A stretch of DNA of 64,000 bases from Candidatus Latescibacterota bacterium (GTDB lineage: Bacteria; Latescibacterota; UBA2968; GCA-2709665), in assembly GCA_965226795.1 (NCBI GenBank), contig CBDDDZ010000005.1:2272001-2336000 (forward strand). The letters run 5' to 3'. Shown in pieces: positions 10,621-20,904 of this stretch. The position numbers were made by a program, and so were the translations under genes. The notes beneath the pieces were generated by a model. It was not told the origin of the DNA. It did no database searches and was given only the letters and a program-made list of their open reading frames with translations. The first letter of the stretch is position 1, and every line of letters begins with the position of its first letter.

Positions 10621-10730
10621 TGATAACGTCCCACGGTCTGCGAACACCGACGGGGTTGCCGAAAGTCAAGGCGCCCTTCCACAAGCTCAGAATGAATTCC
10701 GCGCCGGAGCCGGGCACGGTCGTGATAATG
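10621..10730 (-). repeat. attC-like site with one palindromic insertion and a mutated core
   Basis: TGATAAC...GGTTGCCGAAAGTCAAGGCGCC[CTTCCACAAGCTCAGAATGAATTCC]GCGCCGGAGCCGGGCACGGTCGTGATA. Confidence 0.7.
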
Positions 10731-10755
10731 GATGTGGGATGCATTCAACCGTTAG

Positions 10756-11225
10756 TCAAACTGAAGTCAGGTCAAGAGCAAGGTGAACCTCGCCGCCAAA
10801 GTGACCCTCCTGATGGTGTGTGACACGAAAACCGAATCGCTTGTAGAACTCGATAATGTCAGACCAGGTAGAAGTCGTTTCCAGGACAATGCGTTGAAAT
10901 CCCAACTCTTTAGCCTCCTGACAGAGCCTTTCCGGCATTTTTCCACCGATTCCTCGTCTCCGAATCTCCGGTGCCACGGACATCCTGGCTATCTCTGCGA
11001 CCTGGTCTGACCTGGGATCAGTGCACCCGAGCCGATAATTCTGCCATCAAGCCAGGCTACCAGAAACGTGGCATCGTTGTAACTGTCACGGATGTCGTTC
11101 AAATCCGGATTTAATGTCGGATCAATTTCCCCCCCGTGTTCGGCAAGTCCAGCTAAAATTAGACTCCGGACAGCGTCTTGATCCTCGCTCTCAAATGGCT
11201 TTATCAATTTTGCCTTTACGTCCAC
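10756..11225 (-). pseudogene. GNAT family acetyltransferase, frameshifted
   Basis: N-half 10989-11225 and C-half 10756-10983 (MSVAPEIRRRGIG...FYKRFGF) join after a 1-bp shift near 11012. Confidence 0.8.
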
Positions 11226-11252
11226 GCTAACCTCAATGATTTTTTCATTTCA

Positions 11253-11393
11253 TGTAGCGTTCTCGGCACCCGCGAACCTGCCGACCCATCGCGAATGCTG
11301 TCAACGGATCCCCATAGTTGCAGACCAGCTACGCGGGTGGCAGGTTTCAGCGCAGGCGCGAACGCGCCGAAGCCGTGGGTGCTCGTGTTAGCT
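11253..11393 (-). repeat. attC-like site
   Basis: GCACCCGCG-AACCTGCC...GGCAGGTT...GGCGCGAACGCGCC-GAAGC-CGTGGGTGC-TCGTGTTAGCT. Confidence 0.75.
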
Positions 11394-11583
11394 GCTGTTT
11401 GCGACTTGGAGGGGCACCCCGCAAAAGGTCCGATGTCAGAAAAGGGTGAGTGGTGTTATATTCTTCCTGAAAAAGATAGGTGGAAATTCGCCCTTCTCCA
11501 AGTTTTCTGTCACCTTTCCGAACCTGAATGACACTTTATATCGAAGGCCTTCGAGCGAATTCTTCTTGGTGAAGGAACATTGC

Positions 11584-12108
11584 ATGCAGTCAAGTTGTGA
11601 CCTTGTCAGGGCTGCCTCCGACGGTGACCCGACGAAGCGGCATGCCGCGTTTGAGTGTCTGGTACGTCAGTTTCAAAACGTGGCTTACGGATGCGCGTAC
11701 GGGATTTTGGGTAATTTTCATCTCGCTCAGGACGCTTCACAGGATGCGTTCCTTACCGCGTACACCGAGCTCGGAAAATTGGAAGCTCCCGAGGCGTTTC
11801 CCGGATGGTTTAAGCGAATTGTGATACGGAAGGCACTCCGCCTTATTCAGACTCGCCGTCTCCCGTTCGAGCCGATTGAGGTAGCCTTGAGTGTTTCCAC
11901 AGATGGTCCGGACCAGATGGAACAGATAGAAACTCAGGAAACGCAGTCGTTGGTTCACGCGGCTATCGAGGCTCTCCCTGAGCACGAGCGGACTGTCACG
12001 GTACTGTTCTACTTGACTGAATACTCTCAAAAGAAGATCGCCGAATTCTTGGACCTGTCGCTGCCATCGGTGAAGAAACGGCTACTAGAGGTCCCGGAAG
12101 CGGCTTGA
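11584..12108 (+). CDS. ECF-type RNA polymerase sigma-70 factor (probably N-terminal part of a frameshifted sigma-ankyrin fusion)
   Basis: AFECLVRQFQ...AQDASQDAF...FPGWFKRI (region 2); ALPEHER...YSQKKIAEFL...VKKRL (region 4). Confidence 0.85.
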   Translation: MQSSCDLVRAASDGDPTKRHAAFECLVRQFQNVAYGCAYGILGNFHLAQDASQDAFLTAYTELGKLEAPEAFPGWFKRIVIRKALRLIQTRRLPFEPIEVALSVSTDGPDQMEQIETQETQSLVHAAIEALPEHERTVTVLFYLTEYSQKKIAEFLDLSLPSVKKRLLEVPEAA

Positions 12109-12124
12109 GGAAAGGATAATAAGG

Positions 12125-13051
12125 ATGGTGGATGATACGCTTGAGGGCCATCGGCCTTCCAGAGACGATAGATTCGCCAACGAGGTGGTGGAGATAATTC
12201 GGGCGACAGAAGCGGGCGATCTTTCCAAACTCGCAGCTCTCCTGGCCCGCAACCCAGGTCTAGTCGATTCTAATGCACCTCTGTCAAACTCGTATCCCGT
12301 ACAGGCAAGGGGCTGGAAACCTCTGCATATAGCAGCTTGGCACGGCCATACAAAGGCCGTTGAGTTTCTCCTTGAACAAGGAGCAAAAATTAACGCTCCG
12401 TGCGGATCGAACCGGACACCGCTCCATTACGCAATCGAAGCGGGAAGTCAGGAAACCCGGCAACTACTGTTAGATAACGGAGCAGATGTCGACATTACGA
12501 TTGCGTCCATACTAGGTATGACGGACCGAGTGAAGGACTTGCTTGCGAAAGATCCCAAACTGGCGAATGACAGTTCCAAGGGGCATACTCCGTTGGAGTG
12601 GGCTGCTTGGGGTGGGAGAGTTGATGTAGCCCAGATTCTGTTGGAACACGGAGCCAAGATTCGAGGAGAGGCCATATTCATCCCAGCGGCCAACGGAAGT
12701 GTGACGTTCCTCCGCTTTCTATTGGATCATGGCGCAAACCCCAATGCCCGATCTGGAGGTCGAAATGACGCTCCTCAGTTTGACCATACCGTGCTCCACG
12801 CGGCTGTTAGGATGCCATTCACCAGTGACAACACAGGAGTGATAGAGCTACTGATAGAGCGCGGTGCGGACGTGAATGCGTTGGACGAAGCGGGTAGGAC
12901 GCCTTTGGATCGAGCGCTCGAGAAGGGAGCCGATGGGCCGTATACCGCAAATCCCTATGAAACATCGAATGAGCAGAAGGAATACGACAAGATCATCGCT
13001 CTGTTTGGTAAACACGGAGGGAAGACAAGCGAAGAGCCTGTATCGGCTTAG
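12125..13051 (+). CDS. ankyrin repeat protein
   Basis: Multiple G.TPLH.AA..G...V..LL..GA.IN repeats. Confidence 0.9.
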   Translation: MVDDTLEGHRPSRDDRFANEVVEIIRATEAGDLSKLAALLARNPGLVDSNAPLSNSYPVQARGWKPLHIAAWHGHTKAVEFLLEQGAKINAPCGSNRTPLHYAIEAGSQETRQLLLDNGADVDITIASILGMTDRVKDLLAKDPKLANDSSKGHTPLEWAAWGGRVDVAQILLEHGAKIRGEAIFIPAANGSVTFLRFLLDHGANPNARSGGRNDAPQFDHTVLHAAVRMPFTSDNTGVIELLIERGADVNALDEAGRTPLDRALEKGADGPYTANPYETSNEQKEYDKIIALFGKHGGKTSEEPVSA

Positions 13052-13076
13052 TCAGACGAGAATGCAATCGAAAACT

Positions 13077-13105
13077 GGCGGTCCCAGTGCGGGGCCGCCT
13101 TTTTA
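13077..13105 (+). terminator. rho-independent terminator
   Basis: GGCGGTCCC-AGTGC-GGGGCCGCC followed by TTTTT just after the ankyrin stop. Confidence 0.7.
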
Positions 13106-13264
13106 CTGTCGCAAATTGCAGCTAACGACGGCATTAGCGAACAGATACGGCAATACGGATCAGATCCGAGGATTCCCGAACGCATGGTAACATATCGGTT
13201 TGACGGCGGCCTGGTACCGGAACGTGATGAATCCACTCAAGCCCCGTCAGCTTCCATAAGACAC

Positions 13265-14581
13265 CTAATCATCCCCGTTTTCGCTTTTCGCCAGACTGGC
13301 ACAGACCAGTTCTTCATCGTTTCGGGCGAACACATGTTTGTAAGCAAACGCAGGATGCGCCCACGTGACGCCGCCTCTACGATTCAACTGGTCGCGCGTC
13401 GGTTCGATCAGTTTCGCGCGGCTGATGATATCCAGTCCGTCGGGCGAAAGCGTGGTAATCAGGAGTTCGCCGCGCTCATTGAACATCCAGACCCTATCGC
13501 CGTTCCTGATAAAATGGATGTTGCTCCAGCGGGCCTTGGGTACCGCTGTCAGGTCTTCCCAGATCCGATCGCCGTTTCGGGCATCGAGACAGCGGAGTTC
13601 CCCGTAGCTATCCACACCGTATATAAAATCGCCAAGTCGGATCGGAGTTGACATCGTGGAATGGAGGGCCTCCGTGTTCCTCTCGTCCTTACCCTTCCGG
13701 TGCCACCCGAATTGCATCGTCGGCTTAGCCGGATTCAGTTTCAACAGCAACGAACCTTCATAGAAATCAGTAAAAAACAACTCGTTCCCATAAAGAACCG
13801 GACTTGCGATCCCGATCTCCATACGAGTCGGCGGGAACGGATGGAGCCAATACACGCTGCCTGTCTGCGGGTTGAGACCGGCGATTTGCGTACCTGTCCA
13901 ACAGACCAGTACACGCTGGTTACCCTGTGAGATCACAATCGGGGCCGAGTACGATGCCTTGTCGTCAAGGGCCTTCCATCTTTCAGTTCCGGTTTCGCGG
14001 TCGAAAGCGACGATGCAGGCTCCGGGCGTACCGCCGATCTGGACGATCAGGTTTGAACCTTCAACGATAGGCGCGCTCGCAATTCCCCACGTTGGCATCG
14101 CGATATTGTAGTCGGTTTTAAGATCCCTTTTCCACTTCAATTCGCCCGTCGCCGCATCAAAGCAGTGGAGATGCCCCATCGCTCCCAGGGAATAAGCAAG
14201 GCCATTGTGAACGGTAACTGTCGCGCGGGGACCTGCAACATATTCAATCCTGTACTCGCAATCGTACGTGTAGGACCAGATCGGTTCTCCCGTTTCCCAC
14301 GCAAAACAGTGAACCCGCTCGACCTGTTTCGGTTTCGCAAGACGGTCAGTAACGTAAACGCGCCCGTCCGCGACGCTCGGGCCGCTATAACCGCTGCCGA
14401 TCGGCACTCGCCAGCGGATCGGGATCTTGGGTCCGTCGAATGCTTCCAATATCCCGGTTTCACTCCAGACTCCGTCTCGTGCCGGTCCTCGCCACTGCGG
14501 CCATTCATCGGCCAAAACCGAAGAGAGGGGGATCAACACAGCGAGCAACAATAGTGTAAATCTCAATTGTAACCGGTTCAT
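13265..14581 (-). CDS. secreted PQQ-binding-like beta-propeller repeat protein
   Basis: Signal peptide, then DEWPQWRGPARDG and repeated G...W blades. Confidence 0.88.
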   Translation of the reverse strand: MNRLQLRFTLLLLAVLIPLSSVLADEWPQWRGPARDGVWSETGILEAFDGPKIPIRWRVPIGSGYSGPSVADGRVYVTDRLAKPKQVERVHCFAWETGEPIWSYTYDCEYRIEYVAGPRATVTVHNGLAYSLGAMGHLHCFDAATGELKWKRDLKTDYNIAMPTWGIASAPIVEGSNLIVQIGGTPGACIVAFDRETGTERWKALDDKASYSAPIVISQGNQRVLVCWTGTQIAGLNPQTGSVYWLHPFPPTRMEIGIASPVLYGNELFFTDFYEGSLLLKLNPAKPTMQFGWHRKGKDERNTEALHSTMSTPIRLGDFIYGVDSYGELRCLDARNGDRIWEDLTAVPKARWSNIHFIRNGDRVWMFNERGELLITTLSPDGLDIISRAKLIEPTRDQLNRRGGVTWAHPAFAYKHVFARNDEELVCASLAKSENGDD

Positions 14582-14741
14582 GGTTTATCCTGTCCTTTCC
14601 ACTGTCACGTCCATCTGTTCAACGAAAACGATGTCCCCGGCCTTCGGGTCGGCAGGGCGCGACGTGTGTACCCGGGTTGCCGGACGGTTTGCAAACCGGG
14701 AAAGGGGTGCCCGGGACCAGGGAACGTAGTAATTGAAGAAC

Positions 14742-14776
14742 AAGCCGGCTATCACCGGTTGTGCCGGCTTTTTTTA
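14742..14776 (+). terminator. terminator-like hairpin
   Basis: AAGCCGGC...GCCGGCTT followed by a T-run. Confidence 0.5.
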
Positions 14777-14987
14777 TCGGAAAAAGAAAAAAGGAACTGC
14801 CACCGGCTGCCGAAACTCCCGTGCATATGCAGGATGCGGCTGGTAAGTCACAAACCTCCTTTTCTCTTCATCAAGGTAACAAGACGATGGATGTCCACCA
14901 AATCGGGTCAAGTCCCATAAACACCAGACGCCGTATGGCGCAGCGCAAATGGATGTGACAGCGGGCGTTGGAATTTTCACGAATGAT

Positions 14988-15776
14988 TCAGCCCGACAAG
15001 GGCGTTATGACTATTTCATCATTGATTTTGTCAATATCGCAGAATAATAACTCCTCCTCAGTGTATGAAGCTCTCACCAGAATCCGTCCCGAAGCATCAC
15101 AAATGATCGAACTTCCCAATATGCGATCTTCAGCCATCGCACTAATCTGAGCAACATAGTTTGACTGAATCACGGGAATACCAAACGTCTGAGATATCGT
15201 CTGGGCTCCGTCGCCACATCCGTCTTCGGTAATGCGCCGCTCCGAATCTATGGTACTTGTCGATACCGATGGCCATAAGATCACATCGCTATCCTCCAAG
15301 CCTCTACCTTTCACTCGATCAAGAAAGCTCGACTCTGCGCAGAAAACAGAGCCGAAGCGAAATGGACCAATTCGTATGGGCGAACGATCCTGCGCTTCGA
15401 CAAATGCCCACACCTTCTTCCAGCCGTCAACGAGAAAGGTTCTGGCCCCCCCTAAAACGGGTGCTTTTCCGGGCTGGAGCAGTAACAACGCGTTGAGATA
15501 GCCTTTTCCCGATGAATACGGCGTACCGATGAGGGTTCTGACATTTACTCTACAAGCAGCGTCGTTTATTTCCGATATCGCATTCTCGACGCCTTGATAC
15601 CAATTGGGTTCTCTAAAAAAGCTGTGCAGGTGAAAATCATAGCCTATTAGCATCATCTCCGGAAAGACCATTAACTCGGCATTGTGCTCCGATGCTTTCT
15701 CCATCCATCTTGTAATCGTTGCGACATTCTCAGCTATAGTCGCTGACATCACCGGCTGTACTGAGCAGACCTTCAT
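14988..15776 (-). CDS. carbon-nitrogen hydrolase (nitrilase family)
   Basis: VFPEM..GY, FCAE, GSSIICDASG. Confidence 0.85.
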   Translation of the reverse strand: MKVCSVQPVMSATIAENVATITRWMEKASEHNAELMVFPEMMLIGYDFHLHSFFREPNWYQGVENAISEINDAACRVNVRTLIGTPYSSGKGYLNALLLLQPGKAPVLGGARTFLVDGWKKVWAFVEAQDRSPIRIGPFRFGSVFCAESSFLDRVKGRGLEDSDVILWPSVSTSTIDSERRITEDGCGDGAQTISQTFGIPVIQSNYVAQISAMAEDRILGSSIICDASGRILVRASYTEEELLFCDIDKINDEIVITPLSG

Positions 15777-15807
15777 TTGTACCCCGCCATGGAAGTTATC
15801 CAATGTC

Positions 15808-15886
15808 CTCTAACGATCTTGCAGGCTCCTACCCGGCGCAGACGGCTTCTGCGAATGCACCGGAGCCGCAGCCTGTCGCGTTGGCC
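15808..15886 (-). repeat. attC-like site
   Basis: CTCTAAC...GCAGGCT...AGCCTGT...GTTGGCC. Confidence 0.55.
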
Positions 15887-16069
15887 ACCCGACGTACCCG
15901 ATGCGTGCCTGCCAGAACGCCACGCCCGCATGCTCACAGGAATCACTGTAACGTTCCGTTCGCTGCACAAGGTCACATCGTGTCCGAAGCATTCAACGGG
16001 ATCCAATGACCTATACAGGTTGTCCACGGCCCATGAATGTGCACACGCCACGGGGCTTCGGGTTCCAGT

Positions 16070-16440
16070 TGACCGGCCTGAATCCGGCTTGAACAATCCC
16101 CGGGGCGGAAGACTCACCAGGTGGCGCACCGCAGCGCCGAACATCCTCGACAACCCTGCGGTAATCGCAACTCAATCTGTTATGCGATGTCTCTCCTCGT
16201 GACAACGAGAAGAATGTGGTCGCCAACCGAGATGTCCTTCTCGATGAGTGACCGACGCACGAAGGCACGAACCGTCTCTCTGACATCTTTCGTAGCCATT
16301 TTAGTCCTGCACATTGGCATAGAAATTGACGATGTTCCGGTCCGGATCCCGAAACCAGAAGGATTGGCGCACCCACGGTTGGGTTGTCGGCGGCTTGACC
16401 CGCGGCTCCGTCGTGCCCACCACAACATAAGAAAATTTGA
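16070..16440 (-). pseudogene. mosaic of gene remnants (metallophosphoesterase C-terminus; VOC/glyoxalase C-terminus)
   Basis: RLSCDYRRVVEDVRRCGAPPGESSAPGIVQAGFRP resembles the end of 9720-10475; KPPTTQPWVRQSFWFRDPDRNIVNF is a VOC tail. Confidence 0.65.
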
Positions 16441-16444
16441 ATAC

Positions 16445-17257
16445 TCACGGCTCGATCGCTGGACACCAGTCGGCGGCAAAATCATTGGCCGAGCTATTGG
16501 AGAGATTAATCAGATTCCCGCCGTCGAAATCGATCCGGTAAATCTGCTGACGGCCGTCTCTGTTGGCCGTAAAGACGATTTGCTGACCCGTCGGAGACCA
16601 TGAAAGTTCTCCAACGCCCTTTTCAAGGTCCGTGAGGCGTCTGGGGTGGGACCCATCCGCCTTCATGACGTAGACGTGCCTTTCACCGTCACGGTCCGAG
16701 TTGAAGGCAATCCACCTGCCGTCCGGTGACCAGGCAGGATCCCCGTCGTCGCCCTGCGAAACGTGCAGCCGTCGCTGCCCGCTGCCATCCGAGTTCATCA
16801 CGTAGATTTGCGATTTTCCATCACGGTCCGTGGTGAACGCAATCTGAGAGCCGTCAGGGGAATAGGTCGATTCCAGTTCGCGCGCCGGATGATTGGTCAG
16901 GTTTCTCTGGTTTGAGCCGTCGCGGTTCATCGCGTAGATTTCTACGTTGTCGTTGCGATCAGTGGTAAAGATGATCGTCTGTCCATCCGGCGACCAATGC
17001 GGACGAAGATCGGGTGCGGAATTGCGGGTCAGTCGCTTTGGATTCCTCCCATCTGCATCGATCAGGTAGATTTCCCCCTTACCGTGACGGCGGTCGCAGT
17101 ACGCGATGCACGTGCCGTCGGGCGACCAGCGAGGATGATCTTCCTCCCATTCCGCGGTACGGGTAATATTCTTCTGATTGCTTCCGTCCGCGTTCATTAA
17201 GAAGAGATCAAAGGTCCCGTCCCGATCGCTGACAAACGTGATCTTCGAAGACTCCAT
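16445..17257 (-). CDS. TolB-like PD40/WD40 beta-propeller protein
   Basis: Repeated P.WSPDG..IAF.SDRDG..IY.M..DGS units. Confidence 0.9.
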   Translation of the reverse strand: MESSKITFVSDRDGTFDLFLMNADGSNQKNITRTAEWEEDHPRWSPDGTCIAYCDRRHGKGEIYLIDADGRNPKRLTRNSAPDLRPHWSPDGQTIIFTTDRNDNVEIYAMNRDGSNQRNLTNHPARELESTYSPDGSQIAFTTDRDGKSQIYVMNSDGSGQRRLHVSQGDDGDPAWSPDGRWIAFNSDRDGERHVYVMKADGSHPRRLTDLEKGVGELSWSPTGQQIVFTANRDGRQQIYRIDFDGGNLINLSNSSANDFAADWCPAIEP

Positions 17258-17396
17258 GGCTGTGCTCTCTCAGGCGATCAATGTGACAATGCAGAGCGGT
17301 TAACGTCCAGGTTGGCCCGAAGGTGCAGCCGCGGCGTGTGTGCTGCGGTGATGTGTTGCGACAAGTCCGTGAGCCAAGTCCCTGAAATAAAAGAAG

Positions 17397-18077
17397 CTAG
17401 ACTTCATGTTTCCTCAGGACGAGAAGCTCATCTTCCGTCAGAGCCTCAAGCGTAAAGTTGAACCGGTCCGCATCCAGACACATTTCAACATCTCGTGGAT
17501 TCACTCCCTTGTACCCCGCCGCTGCGGCCTGACGGATGTCGATCGCTGCTTTGGACTCGGAAGCTCTTCGGATATATGGGGCTGGATCAATTGCGGGATC
17601 TCGAATGAGAGCATCGATATATTCGGCGCACGCCAGATCCTCTTCAGCCGTCCCCTCCTCACCCGTCACGACATAGGTCAACTCCGTCGGCGTCAGTTCG
17701 CGCAACCTCCGAGCGGCGGCCGATGCGCAGACGAAGCCCGTGCAGAGTAGTGGTTTGCAATGGCGAACGGCGACGGCGCCAATCGTTCCGGCAGTTGTCC
17801 GCTGCACGATGGTTTTGCCGCGAATATCCACTTCCTGCAGGTCCGCGGGTGAATTATACAGATCGAAACCCTTTGCTGGCGCACCATCCTTCAATGCCAG
17901 GGATCCCGGAAATCGTGCCTTGATTTGCAGTGCTTCTTCAAGATCTTTAACCAGAATCATACGGGACGCGCCTTTGTGCATGGCCCATGCGGCAACGGTA
18001 TATGCTCGCATTACGTCGATTACAACTGCTGCGCCCGAAACAGATTCACACTCCCCGATACCTACAAATCTTGCCAT
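17397..18077 (-). CDS. 2-phosphosulfolactate phosphatase family protein
   Basis: VVIDVMRAYT, NSP, RTTAGT, EDLACA. Confidence 0.85.
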   Translation of the reverse strand: MARFVGIGECESVSGAAVVIDVMRAYTVAAWAMHKGASRMILVKDLEEALQIKARFPGSLALKDGAPAKGFDLYNSPADLQEVDIRGKTIVQRTTAGTIGAVAVRHCKPLLCTGFVCASAAARRLRELTPTELTYVVTGEEGTAEEDLACAEYIDALIRDPAIDPAPYIRRASESKAAIDIRQAAAAGYKGVNPRDVEMCLDADRFNFTLEALTEDELLVLRKHEV

Positions 18078-18089
18078 GGAATATCCGCC

Positions 18090-18926
18090 TCACTTTTCAT
18101 GTGGTTTGCTATGGGATTGAAATTGATCGAACTCCGGATAAGGGTTTTCGGAGAGCCTGACTCCCCCTACCCAGGTCACATGGTGTGTGGTCGCGATCTC
18201 ACCGGATGAGGTGGTATTGCGTTCGGCGAACAGCTTCAGGCGTGGGTCATCGTAGCGAGGAAGGGATTCGCCGCCCCAGGCCCAGATGGAACATTGGAAA
18301 TGGAGCCATTCGCAGACATCCGGATAGATTCGCTTCTCGATGATGTCGGCTGCAAATCGAATCCCTACGCCGTTCCTTTCCATTGAAACGCGCATCTGGT
18401 CTTGAACGGTAATCATCTGGCTTAGCCGTGTCTTGTCGCCAAAAACCTCGCCCACCTCCTGATGGTGCAGTTCCCCTATCAGTTCACAGAAGATGAGACC
18501 TCCCGGCTTCAGAACTCGGAGAGCGGCCTGTACCCCGAAACTGTCATACCCGATGGGTGCCCGTTCGGAGTAGACAAAGTCAAACGATTCCGGCGCCAGG
18601 GCCTCTCCTTCCGCAAGGAAGTCGAGAAGCCTGAACTCTACGTTCCTCGTTTTGCTGTTTCTCAGGGCCTCTTCAGCCAGTTCTATGTGGCTGGGGTCGT
18701 TGTCGACACCGAGAGCTGAGTCAAAGCAATTGGCATAATGTACCAGAGTTCCGCCGTTCCCGCACCCGATATCCAGAACTCGCATCTCCGGGCGAAACTG
18801 CGACGCGATAATCTCTGTTGCCCGTGGCGCGATGTTTGAATCAGTGCGGTACTTCGCCGGCCGAGAGCCGTAGAAGGAGTGTTCCTGATTCAGAATCGAC
18901 TTCAGGCGATCTTCGTCAAGACGCAT
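18090..18926 (-). CDS. class I SAM-dependent methyltransferase
   Basis: VLDIGCGNG, SFDFVYS, RVLKPGG. Confidence 0.88.
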   Translation of the reverse strand: MRLDEDRLKSILNQEHSFYGSRPAKYRTDSNIAPRATEIIASQFRPEMRVLDIGCGNGGTLVHYANCFDSALGVDNDPSHIELAEEALRNSKTRNVEFRLLDFLAEGEALAPESFDFVYSERAPIGYDSFGVQAALRVLKPGGLIFCELIGELHHQEVGEVFGDKTRLSQMITVQDQMRVSMERNGVGIRFAADIIEKRIYPDVCEWLHFQCSIWAWGGESLPRYDDPRLKLFAERNTTSSGEIATTHHVTWVGGVRLSENPYPEFDQFQSHSKPHEK

Positions 18927-19013
18927 TTATTGGACCTCCATTCGTGTGTGGCTGCGCCAAGTGCGCGAGCACGGGGCAGGATGTTAGCCGAATGCCGCTC
19001 TGACAGATCTCAC

Positions 19014-19676
19014 CTATAACCGCTCGTTTCTGACAGAATAGAAAAATGGGTGAACCTCATCCAGCGCATCGACACGGGTAAGCCCCGCTCCTACGATACC
19101 TTCCCGTTCGATCTCAAACCCGGTCTCAGCAAGAAACTTCCTGTAGGTCGAGGGGCCGAAGTTGCTCCAGTACATCGTCTCCCCGAAGAAGCCTTCTTCA
19201 GTATATCCAGGCCCGTCGTTCTTCCTGGCAACCGTAAACAGAAGAAGCCCACCGGGCCGAAGCCACCGTGCGAATCGCCGAAAGAGATTCAGATGTTCCT
19301 GTCTCGGGATGTGGAAAATGGCGTAAAAGCTGACAATCGCATCGAAGCTGGCTACGGGAAATTCCATCTCCATCATGTCGGCGGTGACAAACCTTGCTGC
19401 GGGTACGTTTTTTCTGGCCAGCGCTATCATGCTCGAGGAGATGTCGATACCCGTGACGCGAAATGTCGTCGCAAGTTGCCGCGCGACCGGGATACCAGCG
19501 CCGCAGCCAACGTCAAGGATCCTGGAACCAGGTGTCAGACGTTCGGTTATCAGCTTGAACTCAGTGTCGGCCATGGTGCACCGTTGCTCGGCGTATTCTA
19601 TGGCGCATCGGTCATAAGCCGCCCTGACGAGCGCCCGATAATCCGTATTCGGATCGTCAGGAATCTTGAATGGCAT
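19014..19676 (-). CDS. class I SAM-dependent methyltransferase
   Basis: ILDVGCGAG, SFDAIVSFYAIFH, LRPGG. Confidence 0.9.
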   Translation of the reverse strand: MPFKIPDDPNTDYRALVRAAYDRCAIEYAEQRCTMADTEFKLITERLTPGSRILDVGCGAGIPVARQLATTFRVTGIDISSSMIALARKNVPAARFVTADMMEMEFPVASFDAIVSFYAIFHIPRQEHLNLFRRFARWLRPGGLLLFTVARKNDGPGYTEEGFFGETMYWSNFGPSTYRKFLAETGFEIEREGIVGAGLTRVDALDEVHPFFYSVRNERL

Positions 19677-19852
19677 TATGTCACATACCTGACCTGAGTA
19701 TCTCGTTTCAATGAAGGTTTTCGGCTTTCGTTATGCCGGATTGTGATCCAAAGGCGTGGGAGGCAGGCCTTTCCAGGGATGTGTGACCAGGGTTCCCTGC
19801 AGGACGAAGCGAAAGAACCCAGGGCGAACAATGTCGTCATATCAGGCGGAAA

Positions 19853-20239
19853 CTATCCGTTTTTGTCTTGAGCAATACAAAGACTGTTTCCGTCGGGAAC
19901 TTCGAAACTGAACTCAATATTGCCCCAGCTTTGGTCCCAGAGCCGTCCAACCGGGATACCCGCTTGCTTGAACTCCTCGTAGACGGCTGCCGCGTCCTCG
20001 ACGTAGATCTGAACAGTCCGCGTCCCGGGCGGACCATCGCCGGGAAATGAGGATATGACGATGTGGGCCGCATCCCGGCCGACGCCCATGTAGCAGGGGT
20101 CGAGCCTGGTCGGATGGGGCCTCCACGCGTACCGGCGACGGAACCCGAGTTTTCCGCAGTAGAATTCCTCGGCAGCCCTGGAACTCGACACGCCCAAAAT
20201 CGGTATCGCCTCTTTAAACACGCCATTTCCTCCAATCAA
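19853..20239 (-). CDS. VOC/glyoxalase (bleomycin resistance-like) protein
   Basis: AIPIL...FYCGKLGF, DQSWGNIEF...PDGNSL. Confidence 0.8.
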   Translation of the reverse strand: MIGGNGVFKEAIPILGVSSSRAAEEFYCGKLGFRRRYAWRPHPTRLDPCYMGVGRDAAHIVISSFPGDGPPGTRTVQIYVEDAAAVYEEFKQAGIPVGRLWDQSWGNIEFSFEVPDGNSLCIAQDKNG

Positions 20240-20323
20240 ATTAACTTCAGCACTCGCGAACAGGCACGGTAATACGGACCGGTCAGAAAAATCCCCGAAT
20301 GTTCGTGTGGGATTTAACTATCG

Positions 20324-20710
20324 TCAATCCGATTCAAATACATGTTGGGTCAACCACTCAACCAGACTCTCCTTTGAAACCTGGCCGGAAGCAACACCTA
20401 AAATAAGCGACTCTTGTTCATCCACACTGGCTCTGATTTCATGACCTTTCAGAATCAGAAATACCTCCATCGCTGCATGGCCCAATCTCTTATTCCCATC
20501 CACGAACGGGTGGTTTTGCACGAGGGAAAAGCATAACGCACCGGCTTTCTCGATCAACGAAGGATAGAGATCACGCCCCCCATAAGTGATACGGGGTTGC
20601 GCGACGGCCGACTCTAATCTGCCTGTATCGCGCAACCCCGATGCTCCGCCACTTTGATCAACAACGCGTCCGTAAAGTTCGATCACCTCTGCCAAAGAAA
20701 GATACCTCAT
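20324..20710 (-). CDS. doc: Fic/Doc family (death-on-curing) toxin
   Basis: G.RD.G.LESA, HPFVDGNKRLG Fic motif. Confidence 0.9.
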   Translation of the reverse strand: MRYLSLAEVIELYGRVVDQSGGASGLRDTGRLESAVAQPRITYGGRDLYPSLIEKAGALCFSLVQNHPFVDGNKRLGHAAMEVFLILKGHEIRASVDEQESLILGVASGQVSKESLVEWLTQHVFESD

Positions 20711-20904
20711 TAACTCAGCCTTCTATAGAGTTCCTCATTCTTGCGTAAAACACGCTGTGCTGCAACTTCAAAATCCTCTTGAAGCTTATCAAGCAAATCG
20801 TCCAACGCAGCTTTTGCAAGCTGCTCCGGACGTATGCCAAGGCGTTTTGCGGTTGAATCCAACTTTTCGTTTTGTGATTCTGTGAGATCCAGATAAAGCT
20901 TCAT
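20710..20904 (-). CDS. putative antitoxin (ribbon-helix-helix-like) paired with Doc
   Basis: 64 aa, overlaps the toxin start (TAATG), ends NEELYRRLS. Confidence 0.8.
   Translation of the reverse strand: MKLYLDLTESQNEKLDSTAKRLGIRPEQLAKAALDDLLDKLQEDFEVAAQRVLRKNEELYRRLS

Noticed and set aside
14680..14700. tRNA-Cys-like anticodon arm (TTGCAAA)
   Set aside because: No acceptor stem, D-arm or T-loop consensus around it.
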